This document shows positions 10,201-25,365 of a DNA stretch of 64,000 nt, in pieces. A program made the translations under genes and the position numbers. The DNA is taken from NCBI GenBank assembly GCA_964016885.1, contig OZ024741.1:190836001-190900000 (forward strand), read 5' to 3'. A model generated the notes under the pieces. It was not told where the DNA came from. It worked only from the letters and a program-made list of their open reading frames with translations, and made no database searches. The stretch's first letter is position 1, and each line of letters opens with the position of its first letter. The DNA is from Eledone cirrhosa (lineage: Eukaryota).

Positions 10201-13200
10201 GTGGTTTGTCTGGATGGTAAAGTGTCATATATGTTACCTGGTGGCTTGTCTGGATGGTAAAGTGTCATATATGTTACCTGGTGCTTTGTCTGGATGGTAA
10301 AGTGTCACATATGTTACCTGGTGGTTTGTCTGGATGGTAAAGTGTCATATATGTTACCTGGTGGTTTGTCTGGATGGTAAAGTGTCATATATGTTACCTG
10401 GTGGTTTGTCTGGATGGTAAAGTGTTATATATGTTATCTGGTAGTTTGTCTGGATGGTAAAGTGTTATATATGTTACCTGGTGGTTTGTCTGGATGGTAA
10501 AGTGTTATATAAGTTACCTGGTAGATTGTCTGGATGGTAAAGTGTCATATAAGTTACCTGGTGGTTTGTCTGGATGGTAAAGTGTCATATATGTTACCTG
10601 GTGGTTTGTCTGGATGGTAAAGTGTCATATATGTTACCTGGTGGTTTGTCTGGATGGTAAAGTGTCATATATGTTACCTGGTGGTTTGTCTGGATGGTAA
10701 AGTGTCATATATGTTACCTGGTAGTTTGTCAGTATGGTTAAGTTACCTGGTGGTTTGTCTGGATGGTAAAGTGTCATATATGTTACCTGGTGGTTTGTCT
10801 GGATGGTAAAGTGTCATATATGTTACCTGGTAGTTTGTCTGGATGGTAGAGTGTTATATATGTTACCTGGTGGTTTGTCTGGATGGTAAAGTGTCATATA
10901 TGTTACCTGGTAGTTTGTCTGGATGGTAAAGTGTCATATATGTTACCTGGTAGTTTGTCTGGATGGTAAAGTGTCATATATGTTACCTGGTGGTTTGTCT
11001 GGATGGTAAAGTGTCATATATGTTACCTGGTAGTTTGTCTGGATGGTAAAGTGTCATATATGTTACCTGGTAGTTTGTCTGGATGGTAAAGTGTCATATA
11101 TGTTACCTGGTAGTTTGTCTGGATGGTAAAGTGTCATATATGTTACCTGGTAGTTTGTCTGGATGGTAAAGTGTTACATATGTTACCTGGTGGATTTTCT
11201 GGATGGTAAAGTGTCATATATGTTACCTGGTGGTTTGTCTGGATGGTAAAGTTACCTGGTAATTTGTCTGGATGGTAAAGTGTCATATATGTTACCTGGT
11301 GGTTTGTCTGGATGGTAAAGTGTCATATATGTTACCTGGTGGTTTGTCTGGATGGTAAAGTGTCATATATGTTACCTGGTGGTTTGTCTGGATGGTAAAG
11401 TGTCATATATGTTACCTGGTAGTTTGTCTGGATGGTAAAGTGTCATATAAGTTACCTGGTGGTTTGTCTGGATGGTAAAGTGTTATATATGTTACCTGGT
11501 GGTTTGTCTGGATGGTAAAGTGTCATATATGTTACCTGGTGGTTTGTCTGGATGGTAAAGTTACCTGGTAGTTTGTCTGGATGGTAAAGTGTCATATATG
11601 TTACCTGGTAGTTTGTCTGGATGGTAAAGTGTTATATATGTTAACTAGTGGTTTGTCTGGATGGAAAAGTGTCATATATGTTACCTGGTAGTTTGTCTGG
11701 ATGGTAAAGTGTCATATATGTTACCTGGTGGTTTGTCTGGATGGTAAAGTGTTACATATGTTACCTCATAGTTTGTCTGGATGGTAAAGTGTCATATATG
11801 TTACCTGGTGTTTGTCTGGATGGTAAAGTTACCTGCTAGTTTGTCTGGATGGTAAAATGTCATATAAGTTACATCGTAGTTTGTCTGGATGGTAAAGTGT
11901 CATATATGTTACCTGGTGGTTTGTCTGGAAGGTAAAGTGTCATATATGTTACCTGGTGGTTTGTCTGGATGGTAAAGTGTTATATATGTTACCTCCTAGT
12001 TTGTCTGGATGGTAAAGTGTCATATAAGTTACCTGGTGGTTTGTCTGGAAGGTAAAGTGTCATATATGTTACCTGGTGGGCTGTCTGGATGGTAAAGTGT
12101 CATATATGTTACCTGGTGGTTTGTCTGGATGGTAAAGTGTCATATATGTTACCTGGTTGTTTGGCTGGATGGTAAAGTGTCATATATGTTACCTGGTGGT
12201 TTTTCTGGATGGTAAAGTGTTATATATGTTACCTGGTAGTTTGTCTGGATGGTAAAGTGTCATATATGTTACCTGGTGGTTTGTCTGGATGGTAAAGTGT
12301 CATATAAGTTACCTGGTGGTTTGTCTGGATGGTAAAGTGTTATATATGTTACCTGGTAGTTTGTCTGGATGGTAAAGTGTCATATATGTTACCTGGTGGT
12401 TTGTCTGGATGGTAAAGTGTCATACATGTTACCTGGTGGTTTGTCTGGATGGTAAAGTGTCATATATGTTACCTGGTGGTTTGTCTGGAAGTTAAAGTGT
12501 CATATAAGTTACCTGGTAGTTTGTCTGGATGGTAAAGTTACCTGGTGGTTTGTCTGGAAGGTAAAGTGTTATATATGTTACCTGGTGGTTTGTCTGGATG
12601 GTAAAGTGTCATATATGTTACCTGGTGGTTTGTCTGGATGGTCAAGTGTCATATATGTTACCTGGTGGTTTGTCTGGATGGTAAAGTGTCATACATGTTA
12701 CCTGGTGGTTTGTCTGTATGGTAAAGTGTCATATATGTTACCTGGTGGTTTGTCTGAATGGTAAAGTGTCATATATGTTACCTGGTGGCTTGTCTGGATG
12801 GTAAAGTGTCATATATGTTACCTGGTGGTTTGTCTGGATGGTAAAGTGTCACATATGTTACCTGGTAGTTTGTCTGGATGGTAAAGTGTCATATATGTTA
12901 CCTGGTGGTTTGTCTGGATGGTAAAGTGTTATATATGTTACCTGGTGGTTTGTCTGGATGGTAAAGTTACCTGGAAGTTTGTCTGGATGGTAAAGTGTCA
13001 TATATGTTACCTGGTGGTTTGTCTGGATGGTAAAGTGTTATATATGTTACCTCGTAGTTTGTCTGGATGGTAAAGTGTCATATAAGTTACCTGGTGGTTT
13101 GTCTGGAAGGTAAAGTGTCATATATGTTACCTGGTGGGCTGTCTGGATGGTAAAGTGTCATATATGTTACCTGGTTGTTTGACTGGATGGTAAAGTGTCA

Positions 13201-15849
13201 TATATGTTACCTGGTGGTTTGTCTGGATGGTAAAGTGTCATATATGTTACCTGGTTGTTTGTCTGGATGGTAAAGTGTCATATATGTTACCTGGTGGTTT
13301 GTCTGGATGGTAAAGTGTTATATATGTTACCTGGTAGTTTGTCTGGATGGTAAAGTGTCATATATGTTACCTGGTGGTTTGTCTGGATGGTAAAGTGTCA
13401 TATAAGTTACCTGGTGATTTGTCTGGATGGTAAAGTGTTATATATGTTACCTGGTAGTTTGTCTTGATGGTAAAGTGTCATATATGTTACCTGGTGGTTT
13501 GTCTGGATGGTAAAGTGTCATACATGTTACCTGGTGGTTTGTCTGGATGGTAAAGTGCCCTATATGTTACCTGGTGGTTTGTCTGGAAGGTAAAGTGTCA
13601 TATAAGTTACCTGATAGTTTGTCTGGATGCTAAAGTGTCATATATGTTACCTGGTGGTTTGTCTGGATGGTAAAGTGTCATATATGTTACCTGGTGGTTT
13701 GTCTGGAGGTTAAAGTGTCATATAAGTTACCTGGTAGTTTGTCTGGATGGTAAAGTTACCTGGTGGTTTGTCTGGGAGGTAAAGTGTCATATATGTTACC
13801 TGGTGGTTTGTCTGGATGGTAAAGTGTCATACATGTTACCTGGTGGTTTGTCTGTATGGTAAAGTGTCATATATGTTACCTGGTGGTTTGTCTGAATGGT
13901 AAAGTGTCATATATGTTACCTGGTGGCTTGTCTGGATGGTAAAGTGTCATATATGTTACCTGGTGCTTTGTCTGGATGGTAAAGTGTCACATATGTTACC
14001 TGGTGGTTTGTCTGGATGGTAAAGTGTCATATATGTTACCTGGTGGTTTGTCTGGATGGTAAAGTGTCATATATGTTACCTGGTGGTTTGTCTGGATGGT
14101 AAAGTGTTATATATGTTACCTGGTAGTTTGTCTGGATGGTAAAGTGTCATATATGTTACCTGGTGGTTTGTCTGGATGGTAAAGTGTTATATATGTTAGC
14201 TGGTAGTTTGTCTGGATGGTAAAGTGTCATATAAGTTACCTGGTGGTTTGTCTGGATGGTAAAGTGTCATATATGTTACCTGGTGGTTTGTCTGGATGGT
14301 AAAGTGTCATATATGTTACCTGGTGGTTTGTCTGGATGGTAAAGTGTCATATATGTTACCTGGTGGTTTGTCTGGATGGTAAAGTGTCATATATGTTACC
14401 TGGTAGTTTGTCTGGATGGTAAAGTGTTACATATGTTACCTAGTGGATTTTCTGGATGGTAAAGTGTCATATATGTTACCTGGTGGTTTGTCTGGATGGT
14501 AAAGTTACCTGGAAGTTTGTCTGGATGGTAAAGTGTCATATATGTTACCTGGTGGTTTGTCTGGATGGTAAAGTGTTATATATGTTACCTCGTAGTTTGT
14601 CTGGATGGTAAAGTGTCATATAAGTTACCTGGTGGTTTGTCTGGAAGGTGAAGTGTCATATATGTTACCTGGTGGGCTGTCTGGATGGTAAAGTGTCATA
14701 TATGTTACCTGGTGGTTTGACTGGATGGTAAAGTGTCATATATGTTACCTGGTGGTTTGTCTGGATGGTAAAGTGTCATATATGTTACCTGGTTGTTTGT
14801 CTGGATGGTAAAGTGTCATATATGTTACCTGGTGGTTTGTCTGGATGGTAAAGTGTTATATATGTTACCTGGTAGTTTGTCTGGATGGTAAAGTGTCATA
14901 TATGTTACCTGGTGTTTTGTCTGGATGGTAAAGTGTCATATAAGTTACCTGGTGGTTTGTCTGGATGGTAAAGTGTTATATATGTTACCTGGTAGTTTGT
15001 CTTGATGGTAAAGTATCATATATGTTACCTGGTGGTTTGTCTGGATGGTAAAGTTTCATACATGTTACCTGGTGGTTTGTCTGGATGGTAAAGTTACCTG
15101 GTGGTTTGTCTGGATGGTAAAGTGTCATATATGTTACCTGGTGGTTTGTCTGGAAGTTAAAGTGTCATATAAGTTACCCGGTAGTTTGTCTGGATGGTAA
15201 AGTTACCTGGTGGTTTGTCTGGGAGGTAAAGTGTCATATATGTTACCTGGTGGTTTGTCTGGATGGTAAAGTGTCATATATGTTACCTGGTGGTTTGTCT
15301 GGATGGTCAAGTGTCATATATGTTACCTGGTGGTTTGTCTGGATGGTAAAGTGTCATATATGTTACCTGGTGGTTTGTCTGTATGGTAAAGTGTCATACA
15401 TGTTACCTGGTGGTTTGTCTGTATGGTAAAGTGTCATATATGTTACCTGGTGGTTTGTCTGGGAGGTAAAGTGTCATATATGTTACCTGGTGGGCTGTCT
15501 GGATGGTAAAGTGTCATATATGTTACCTGGTGGTTTGTCTGTATGGTAAAGTGTCATACATGTTACCTGGTGGTTTGTCTGTATGGTAAAGTGTCATATA
15601 TGTTACCTGGTGGTTTGTCTGGATGGTAAAGTGTCATATATGTTACCTGGTGGCTTGTCTGGATGGTAAAGTGTCATATATGTTACCTGGTGGTTTGTCT
15701 GGATGGTAAAGTGTCATATATGTTACCTGGTGGTTTGTCTGGATGGTAAAGTGACATATATGTTACCTGGTAGTTTGTCTGGATGGTAAAGTGTCATATA
15801 TGTTACCTGGTGGTTTGTCTGGATGGTAAAGTGTTATATATGTTACCTG

Positions 15850-18800
15850 GTAGTTTGTCTGGATGGTAAAGTGTCATATAAGTTACCTGGTGGTTTGTCT
15901 GGATGGTAAAGTGTCATATATGTTACCTGGTGGTTTGTCTGGATGGTAAAGTGTCATATATGTTACCTGGTGGTTTGTCTGGATGGTAAAGTGACATATA
16001 TGTTACCTGGTGATTTGTCTGGATGGTAAAGTGTCATATATTTTACCTGGTAGTTTGTCTGGATGGTTAAGTTACCTGGTGGTTTGTCTGGATGGTAAAG
16101 TGTCATATATGTTACCTGGTAGTTTGTCTGGATGGTAGAGTGTTATATATGTTACCTGGTGGTTTGTCTGGATGGTAAAGTGTCATATATGTTACCTGGT
16201 AGTTTGTCTGGATGGTAAAGTGTCATATATGTTACCTGGTAGTTTGTCTGGATGGTAAAGTGTCATATATGTTACCTGGTTGTTTGTCTGGATGGTAAAG
16301 TGTCATATATGTTACCTGGTGGTTTGTCTGGATGGTAAAGTGTCATATATGTTACCTGGTAGTTTGTCTGGATGGTAAAGTGTCATATATTTTACCTGGT
16401 GGTTTGTCTGGATGGTAAAGTGTCATATAATTTACCTGGTGGTTTGTCTGGATGGTAAAGTGTTATATATGTTACCTGGTGGTTTGTCTGGATGGTAAAG
16501 TGTCATACATGTTACCTGGAGGTTTGTCTGGATGGTAAAGTTACCTGGTTGTTTGTCTGGATGGTAAAGTGTCCTATATGTTGCCTGGTGGTTTGTCTGG
16601 AAGGTAAAGTGTCATATAAGTTACCTGATAGTTTGTCTGGATGCTAAAGTGTCATATATGTTACCTGGTGGTTTGTCTGGATGGTAAAGTGTCATATATG
16701 TTACCTGGTGGTTTGTCTGGAAGTTAAAGTGTCATATAAGTTACCTGGTAGTTTGTCTGGATGGTAAAGTTACTTGGTGGTTTGTCTGGAAGGTAAAGTG
16801 TCATATATGTTACCTGGTGGTTTGTCTGGATGGTAAAGTGTCATATATGTTACCTGGTGGTTTGTCTGGATGGTCAAGTGTCATATATGTTACCTGGTGG
16901 TTTGTCTGGATGGTAAAGTGTCATACATGTTACCTGGTGGTTTGTCTGTATGGTAAAGTGTCATATATGTTACCTGGTGGTTTGTCTGGATGGTAAAGTG
17001 TCATATATGTTACCTGGTGGCTTGTCTGGATGGTAAAGTGTCATATATGTTACCTGGTGCTTTGTCTGGATGGTAAAGTGTCACATATGTTACCTGGTGG
17101 TTTGTCTGGATGGCAAAGTGTCATATATGTTACCTGGTGGTTTGTCTGGATGGTAAAGTGTTATATATGTTACTTGGTAGATTGTCTGGATGGTAAAGTG
17201 TCATATATGTTACCTGGTGGTTTGTCTGGATGGTAAAGTGTTATATATGTTACCTGGTAGTTTGTTTGGATGGTAAAGTGTCATATAAGTTACTTGGTGG
17301 TTTGTCTGGACGGTAAAGTGTCATATATGTTACCTGGTGGTTTGTCTGGATGGTAAAGTGTTATATATGTTACCTGGTAGTTTGTCTGGATGGTAAAGTG
17401 TTATATATGTTACCTGGTAGTTTGTCTGGATGGTAAAGTGTCATATAAGTTACTTGGTGGTTTGTCTGGATGGTAAAGTGTCATATATGTTACCTGGTGG
17501 TTTGTCTGGATGGTGAAGTGTCATATATGTTACCTGGTAGTTTGTCTGGATGGTAGAGTGTTATATATGTTACCTGGTGGTTTGTCTGGATGGTAAAGTG
17601 TCATATATGTTACCTGGTAGTTTGTCTGGATGGTAAAGTGTCATATATGTTACCTGGTAGTTTGTCTGGATGGTAAAGTGTCATATATGTTACCTGGTAG
17701 TTTGTCTGGATGGTAAAGTGTCATATATGTTACCTGGTAGTTTGTCTGGATGGTAAAGTGTCATATATGTTACCTGGTAGTTTGTCTGGATGGTAAAGTG
17801 TCATATATGTTACCTGGTAGTTTGTCTGGATGGTAAAGTGTCATATATGTTACCTGGTAGTTTGTCTGGATGGTAAAGTGTTACATATGTTACCTGGTGG
17901 ATTTTCTGGATGGTAAAGTGTCATATATGTTACCTGGTGGTTTGTCTGGATGGTAAAGTGTCATATAAGTTACCTGGTGGTTTGTCTGGATGGTAAAGTG
18001 TTATATATGTTACCTGGTAATTTGTCTGGATGGTAAAGTGTCATATATGTTACCTGGTGGTTTGTCTGGATGGTAAAGTGTCATACATGTTACCTGGTGG
18101 TTTGTCTGGATGGTAAAGTTACCTGGTGGTTTGTCTGGATTGTAAAGTGTCATATATGTTACCTGGTGGTTTGTCTGGAAGGTAAAGTGTCATATAAGTT
18201 ACCTGATAGTTTGTCTGGATGGTAAAGTGTCATATATGTTACCTGGTGGTTTGTCTGGATAGTAAAGTGTCATATATGTTACCTGGTGGTTTGTCTGGAA
18301 GGTAAAGTGTCATATAAGTTACCTGGTAGTTTGTCTGGATGGTAAAGTTACCTGGTGGTTTGTCTGGAAGGTAAATTGTCATATATGTTACCTGGTGGTT
18401 TGTCTGGATGGTAAAGTGTCATATATGTTACCTGGTGGTTTGTCTGGATGGTAAAGTGTCATATAAGTTACCTGGTGGTTTGTCTGGATGGTAAAGTGTC
18501 ATATATGTTACCTGGTAGTTTGTCTGGATGGTAAAGTGTCATATATGTTACCTGGTAGTTTGTCTGGATGGTAAAGTGTCATATATGTTACCTGGCAGTT
18601 TGTCTGGATGGTAAAGTGTTATATATGTTACCTGGTGGTTTGTCTGGATGGTAAAGTGTCATATAAGTTACCTGCTGGTTTGTCTGGATGGTAAAGTGTT
18701 ATAAATGTTACCTGGTGTTTTGTCTGGATGGTAAAGTGTTATATATGTTACATGGTGGTTTGTCTGGATGGTAAAGTGTCATATATGTTACCTGGTGGTT

Positions 18801-21800
18801 TGTCTGGATGGTAAAGTTACCTGGTAGTTTGTCTGGATGGTAAAGTGTCATATATGTTACCTGGTAGTTTGTCTGGATGGTAAAGTGTTATATATGTTAA
18901 CTAGTGGTTTGTCTGGATGGAAAAGTGTCATATATGTTACCTGGTGGTTTGTCTGGATGGTAAAGTTACCTGGTGGTTTGTCTGGATGGTAAAGTGTTAT
19001 ATATGTTACATGGTGGTTTGTCTGGAAGGTAAAGTGTCATATATGTTACCTGGTAGTTTGTCTGGATGGTAGAGTGTTATATATGTTACCTGGTTGTTTG
19101 TCTGGATGGTAAAGTGTCATATATGTTACCTGGTAGTTTGTCTGGATGGTAAAGTATCATATATGTTACCTGGTAGTTTGTCTGGATGGTAAAGTGTCAT
19201 ATATGTTACCTGGTAGTTTGCCTGGATGGTAAAGTGTCATATATGTTACCTGGTAATTTGTCTGGATGGTAAAGTGTCATATATGTTACCTGGTAGTTTG
19301 TCTGGATGGTAAAGTGTCATATATGTTACCTGGTATTTTGTGTGGATGGTAAAGTGTCATATATGTTACCTGGTAGTTTGTCTGAATGGTAAAGTGTTAT
19401 ATATGTTACCTAGTGGTTTGTCTGGATGGTAAAGTGTCATATATGTTACCTGGTAGTTTGTCTGGATGGTAAAGTGTCATATGTGTTACCTGGTGGTTTG
19501 TCTGGATGGTAAAGTGTCATATATGTTACCTAGTAGTTTGTCTGGATGGTAAAGTGTTACATATGTTACCTCATAGCTTGTCTGGATGGTAAAGTGTCAT
19601 ATATGTTACCTGGTGGTTTGTCTGGATGGTAAAGTTACCTGGTAGTTTGTCTGGATGGTAAAGTGTCATATATGTTACCTGGTGATTTGGCTGGAAGGTA
19701 AAGTGTCATATATGTTACCTGGTGGTTTGTCTGGATGGTAAAGTGTTACATATGTTACCTGGTAGTTTGTCTGTATGGTAAAGTGTCATATATGTTACCT
19801 GGTGGTTTGTCTGGATGGTAAAGTGTCATATAAGTTCCCTGGTGGTTTGTCTGGATGGTAAAGTGTTATATATGTTACCTGGTAGTTTGTCTGGATGGTA
19901 AAGTGTCATATATGTTACCTGGTGGTTTGTCTGGATGGTAAAGTGTCATACATGTTACCTGGTGGTTTGTCTGGATGGTAAAGTGTCATATATGTTATCT
20001 GGTGGTTTGTCTGGAAGGTAAAGTGTCATATAAGTTACCTGATAGATTGTCTGGATGGTAAAGTGTCATATATGTTACCTGGTGGTTTGTCTGGATGGTA
20101 AAGTGTAATATATGTTACCTGGTGGTTTGTCTGGAAGGTAAAGTGTCATATAAGTTACCTGGTAGTTTGTCTGGATGGTAAAGATACCTGGTGGTTTGTC
20201 TGGAAGGTAAAGTGTCATATATATTACCTGGTGGTTTGTCTGGATGGTAAAGTGTCATATATGTTACCTGGTGGTTTGTCTGGATGGTAAAGTGTCATAT
20301 ATGTTACCTGGTGGTTTGTATGGATGGTAAATTGTCATACATATTACCTGGTGGTTTGTCTGTATGGTAAAGTGTCATATATGTTACCTGGTGGTTTGTC
20401 TGGATGGTAAAGTGTCATATATGTTACCTGGTGGTTTGTCTGGATGGTAAAGTGTCATATATGTTACCTGGTGGTTTGTCTGGATGGTAAAGTGTCATAT
20501 ATGTTACCTGGTGGTTTGTCTGGATGGTAAAGTGTCATATATGTTACCTGGTGGTTTGTCTGGATGGTAAAGTGTCATATATGTTACCTGGTAGTTTGTC
20601 TGGATGGTAAAGTGTCATATATGTTAGCTGGTGGTTTGTCTGGATGGTAAAGTGTTATATATGTTACCTGGTAGTTTGTCTGGATGGTAAAGTGTCATAT
20701 ACGTTACGTGGTGGTTTGTCTGGATGGTAAAGTGTTATATATGTTACCTGGTAGTTTGTCTGGATGGTAAAGTGTCATATAAGTCACCTGGTGGTTTGTC
20801 TGGATGGTAAAGTGTCATATATGTTACCTGGTAGTTTGTCTGGATGGTAAAGTGTTATATATGTTACCTGGTGGTTTGTCTGGAAGGTAAAGTGTCATAT
20901 AAGTTACCTGATAGATTGTCTGGATGGTAAAGTGTCATATATGTTACCTGGTGGTTTGTCTGGATGGTAAAGTGTCATATATGTTACCTGGTGGTTTGTC
21001 TGGAAGGTAAAGTGTCTTATAAGTTACCTGGTAGTTTGTCTGGATGGTAAAGATACCTGGTGGTTTGTCTGGAAGGTAAAGTGTCATATATATTACCTGG
21101 TGGTTTGTCTGGATGGTAAAGTGTCATATATGTTACCTGGTGGTTTGTCTGGATGGTGAAGTGTCATATATGTTACCTGGTGGTTTGTATGGATGGTAAA
21201 GTGTCATACATATTACCTGGTGGTTTGTCTGTATGGTAAAGTGTCATATATGTTACCTGGTGGTTTGTCTGGATGGTAAAGTGTCATATATGTTACCTGG
21301 TGGTTTGTCTGGATGGTAAAGTGTCATATATGTTACCTGGTGGTTTGTCTGGATGGTAAAGTGTCATATATGTTACCTGGTGGTTTGTCTGGATGGTAAA
21401 GTGTCATATATGTTACCTGGTGGTTTGTCTGGATGGTAAAGTGTCATATATGTTACCTGGTAGTTTGTCTGGATGGTAAAGTGTCATATATGTTAGCTGG
21501 TGGTTTGTCTGGATGGTAAAGTGTTATATATGTTACCTGGTAGTTTGTCTGGATGGTAAAGTGTCATATACGTTACGTGGTGGTTTGTCTGGATGGTAAA
21601 GTGTTATATATGTTACCTGGTAGTTTGTCTGGATGGTAAAGTGTCATATAAGTCACCTGGTGGTTTGTCTGGATGGTAAAGTGTCATATATGTTACGTGG
21701 TGGTTTGTCTGGATGGTAAAGTGTCATATATGTTACCTGGTGGTTTGTCGAGATGGTAAAGTGTCATATATGTTACCTGGTGGTTTGTCTGGATGGTAAA

Positions 21801-24800
21801 GTGTCATATATGTTACCTGGTAGTTTGTCTGGATGGTAAAGTGTTATATATGTTACCTGGTGGTTTGTCTGGATGGTAAAGTGTCATATATGTTACCTGG
21901 TGGTTTGTCTGGATGGTAAAGTTACCTGGTAGTTTGTCTGGATGGTAAAGTGTTATATATGTTACCTGGTGGTTTGTCTGGATGGTAAAGTGTCATATAT
22001 GTTACCTGGTAGTTTGTCTGGATGGTAAAGTGTCATATATGTTAGCTGGTGGTTTGTCTGGATGGTAAAGTGTTATATATGTTACCTGGTAGTTTGTCTG
22101 GATGGTAAAGTGTCATATATGTTACCTGGTGGTTTGTCTGGAAGGTAAAGTGTCATATAAGTTACCTGATAGATTATCTGGATGGTAAAGTGTCATATAT
22201 GTTACCTGGTGGTTTGTCTGGATGGTAAAGTGTCATATATGTTACCTGGTGGTTTGTCTGGAAGGTAAAGTGTCATATAAGTTACCTGGTAGTTTGTCTG
22301 GATGGTAAAGATACCTGGTGGTTTGTCTGGAAGGTAAAGTGTCATATATATTACCTGGTGGTTTGTCTGGATGGTAAAGTGTCATATATGTTACCTGGTG
22401 GTTTGTCTGGATGGTAAAGTGTCATATATGTTACCTGGTGGTTTGTATGGATGGTAAAGTGTCATACATATTACCTGGTGGTTTGTCTGTATGGTAAAGT
22501 GTCATATATGTTACCTGGTGGTTTGTCTGGATGGTAAAGTGTCATATATGTTACCTGGTGGTTTGTCTGGATGGTAAAGTGTCATATATGTTACCTGGTG
22601 GTTTGTCTGGATGGTAAAGTGTCATATATGTTATCTGGTGGTTTGTCTGGATGGTAAAGTGTCATATATGTTACCTGGTGGTTTGTCTGGATGGTAAAGT
22701 GTCATATATGTTACCTGGTGGTTTGTCTGGATGGTAAAGTGTCATATATGTTAGCTGGTGGTTTGTCTGGATGGTAAAGTGTTATATATGTTACCTGGTA
22801 GTTTATCTGGATGGTAAAGTGTCATATACGTTACGTGGTGGTTTGTCTGGATGGTAAAGTGTTATATATGTTACCTGGTAGTTTGTCTGGATGGTAAAGT
22901 GTCATATAAGTCACCTGGTGGTTTGTCTGGATGGTAAAGTGTCATATATGTTACGTGGTGGTTTGTCTGGATGGTAAAGTGTCATATATGTTACCTGGTG
23001 GTTTGTCGAGATGGTAAAGTGTCATATATGTTACCTGGTGGTTTGTCTGGATGGTAAAGTGTCATATATGTTACCTGGTAGTTTGTCTGGATGGTAAAGT
23101 GTTATGTATGTTACCTGGTGGTTTGTCTGGATGGTAAAGTGTCATATATGTTACCTGGTAGTTTGTCTGGATGGTAAAGTGTCATATATGTTACCTGGTA
23201 GTTTGTCTGGATGGTAAAGTGTCATATATTTTATCTGGCAGTTTGTCTGGATGGTAAAGTGTCATATATGTTACCTGGTAGTTTGTCTGGATGGTAAAGT
23301 GTCATATATGTTACCTGGTAGTTTGTGTGGATGGTAAAGTGTCATATATGTTACCTGGTAGAATGTCTGGATGGTAAAGTGTCATATAAGTTACCTGGTA
23401 GTTTGTCTGGATTGTAAAGTGTTACATATGTTACCTGGTGGTTTGTCTGGATGGTAAAGTGTCATATATGTTACCTGGTGCTTTGTCTGGATGGTAAAGT
23501 TACCTGGTAGTTTGTCTGGATGGTAAAGTGTTATATATGTTACCTGGTAGTTTGTCTGGATGGTAAAGTGTCATATATGTTACCTGGTAATTTGTCTGGA
23601 TGGTAAAGTGTCATATATGTTACCTGGTAGTTTGTCTGGATGGTAAAGTGTCATATATGTTACCTGGTAGTTTATCTGGATGGTAAAGTGTCATATATGT
23701 TACCTAGTGGTTTGTCTGGATGGTAAAGTGTCATAATCATACCTGGTAGTTTGTCTGGATGGTAAAGTGTCATATATGTTACCTGGTAGTTTGTCTGGAT
23801 GGTAATGTGTCATATATGTTACCTGGTAGTTTGTCTGGATGGTAAAGTGTTACATATGTTACCTCGTAGTTTGTCTGGATGGTAAAGTGTCATATATGTT
23901 ACCTGGTGGTTTGTCTGGATGGTAAAGTTACCTGGTAGTTTGTTTGGATGTTAAAGTGTCATATAAGTTACCTCGTAGTTTGTCTGGATGGTAAAGTGTC
24001 ATATATGTTACCTGGTGGTTTGTCTGGAAGGTAAAGTGTCATATATGTTACCTGGTGGTTTGTCTGGATGGTAAAGTGTTATATATGTTACCTCGTAGTT
24101 TGTCTCGATGGTAAAGTTTCATATAAGTTCCCTGGTGGTTTGTCTGGAGGGTAAAGTGTCATATATGTTACGTAGTGGGCTGTCTGGATGGTAAAGTGTC
24201 ATATATGTTACCTGGTGGTTTGTCTGGATGGTAAAGTGTCATATATGTTACCTGGTGGTTTGTCTGGATGGTAAAGTGTCATATATATTACCTGGTGGTT
24301 TGTCTGGAGGGTAAAGTGTCATATAAGTTACCTGGTGGTTTGTTTGGATGCTAAAGTGTTATATATGTTACCTGGTAGTTTGTCTGGATGGTAAAGTGTC
24401 ATATATGTTACCTGGTGGTTTGTCTGGATGGTAAAGTGTCATACATGTTACCTGGTGGTTTGTCTGGATGGTAAAGTTACCTGGTGGTTTGTCTGGATGG
24501 TAAAGTGTCATATATGTTACCTGGTGGTTTGTCTGGATGGTAAAGTGTTATATATGTTACCTGGTAGTTTGTCTGGATGGTAAAGTGTCATATATGTTAC
24601 CTGGTGGGTTGTCTGGATGGTAAAGTGTCATATATGTTACCTGGTAGTTTGTCTGGATGGTAAAGTGTCATATAAGTCACCTGGTGGTTTGTCTGGATGG
24701 TAAAGTATCATATATGTTACCTGGTGGTTTGTCTGGATGGTAAAGTGTCATATATGTTACCTGGTGGTTTGTCTGGATGGTAAAGTGTCATATATGTTAC

Positions 24801-25365
24801 CTGGTGGTTTGTCTGGATGGTAAAGTGTCATATATGTTACCTGGTAGTTTGTCTGGATGGTAAAGTGTCATATATGTTACCTAGTGGTTTGTCTGGATGG
24901 TAAAGTGTCATAATCATACCTGGTAGTTTGTCTGGATGGTAAAGTGTCATATATGTTACCTGGTAGTTTGTCTGGATGGTAATGTGTCATATATGTTACC
25001 TGGTAGCTTGTCTGGATGGTAAAGTGTTACATATGTTACCTCGTAGTTTGTCTGGATGGTAAAGTGTCATATATGTTACCTGGTGGTTTGTCTGGATGGT
25101 AAAGTTACCTGGTAGTTTGTTTGGATGTTAAAGTGTCATATAAGTTACCTCGTAGTTTGTCTGGATGGTAAAGTTTCATATAAGTTCCCTGGTGGTTTGT
25201 CTGGAAGGTAAAGTGTCATATATGTCACCTGGTGGTTTGTCTGGATGGTAAAGTGTCATATATGTTACCTGGTGGTTTGTCTGGATGGTAAAGTGTCATA
25301 TATGTTACCTGGTGGTTTGTCTGGATGGTAAAGTGTCATATATGTTACCTGGTGGTTTGTCTGGA
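15850..25365 (+). repeat. Copy B of the 15,849-bp-offset duplication; matches 1..9516
   Basis: Same ordered series of rare variants as 1..9516. I noticed no mismatch in the markers compared. Confidence 0.93.
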
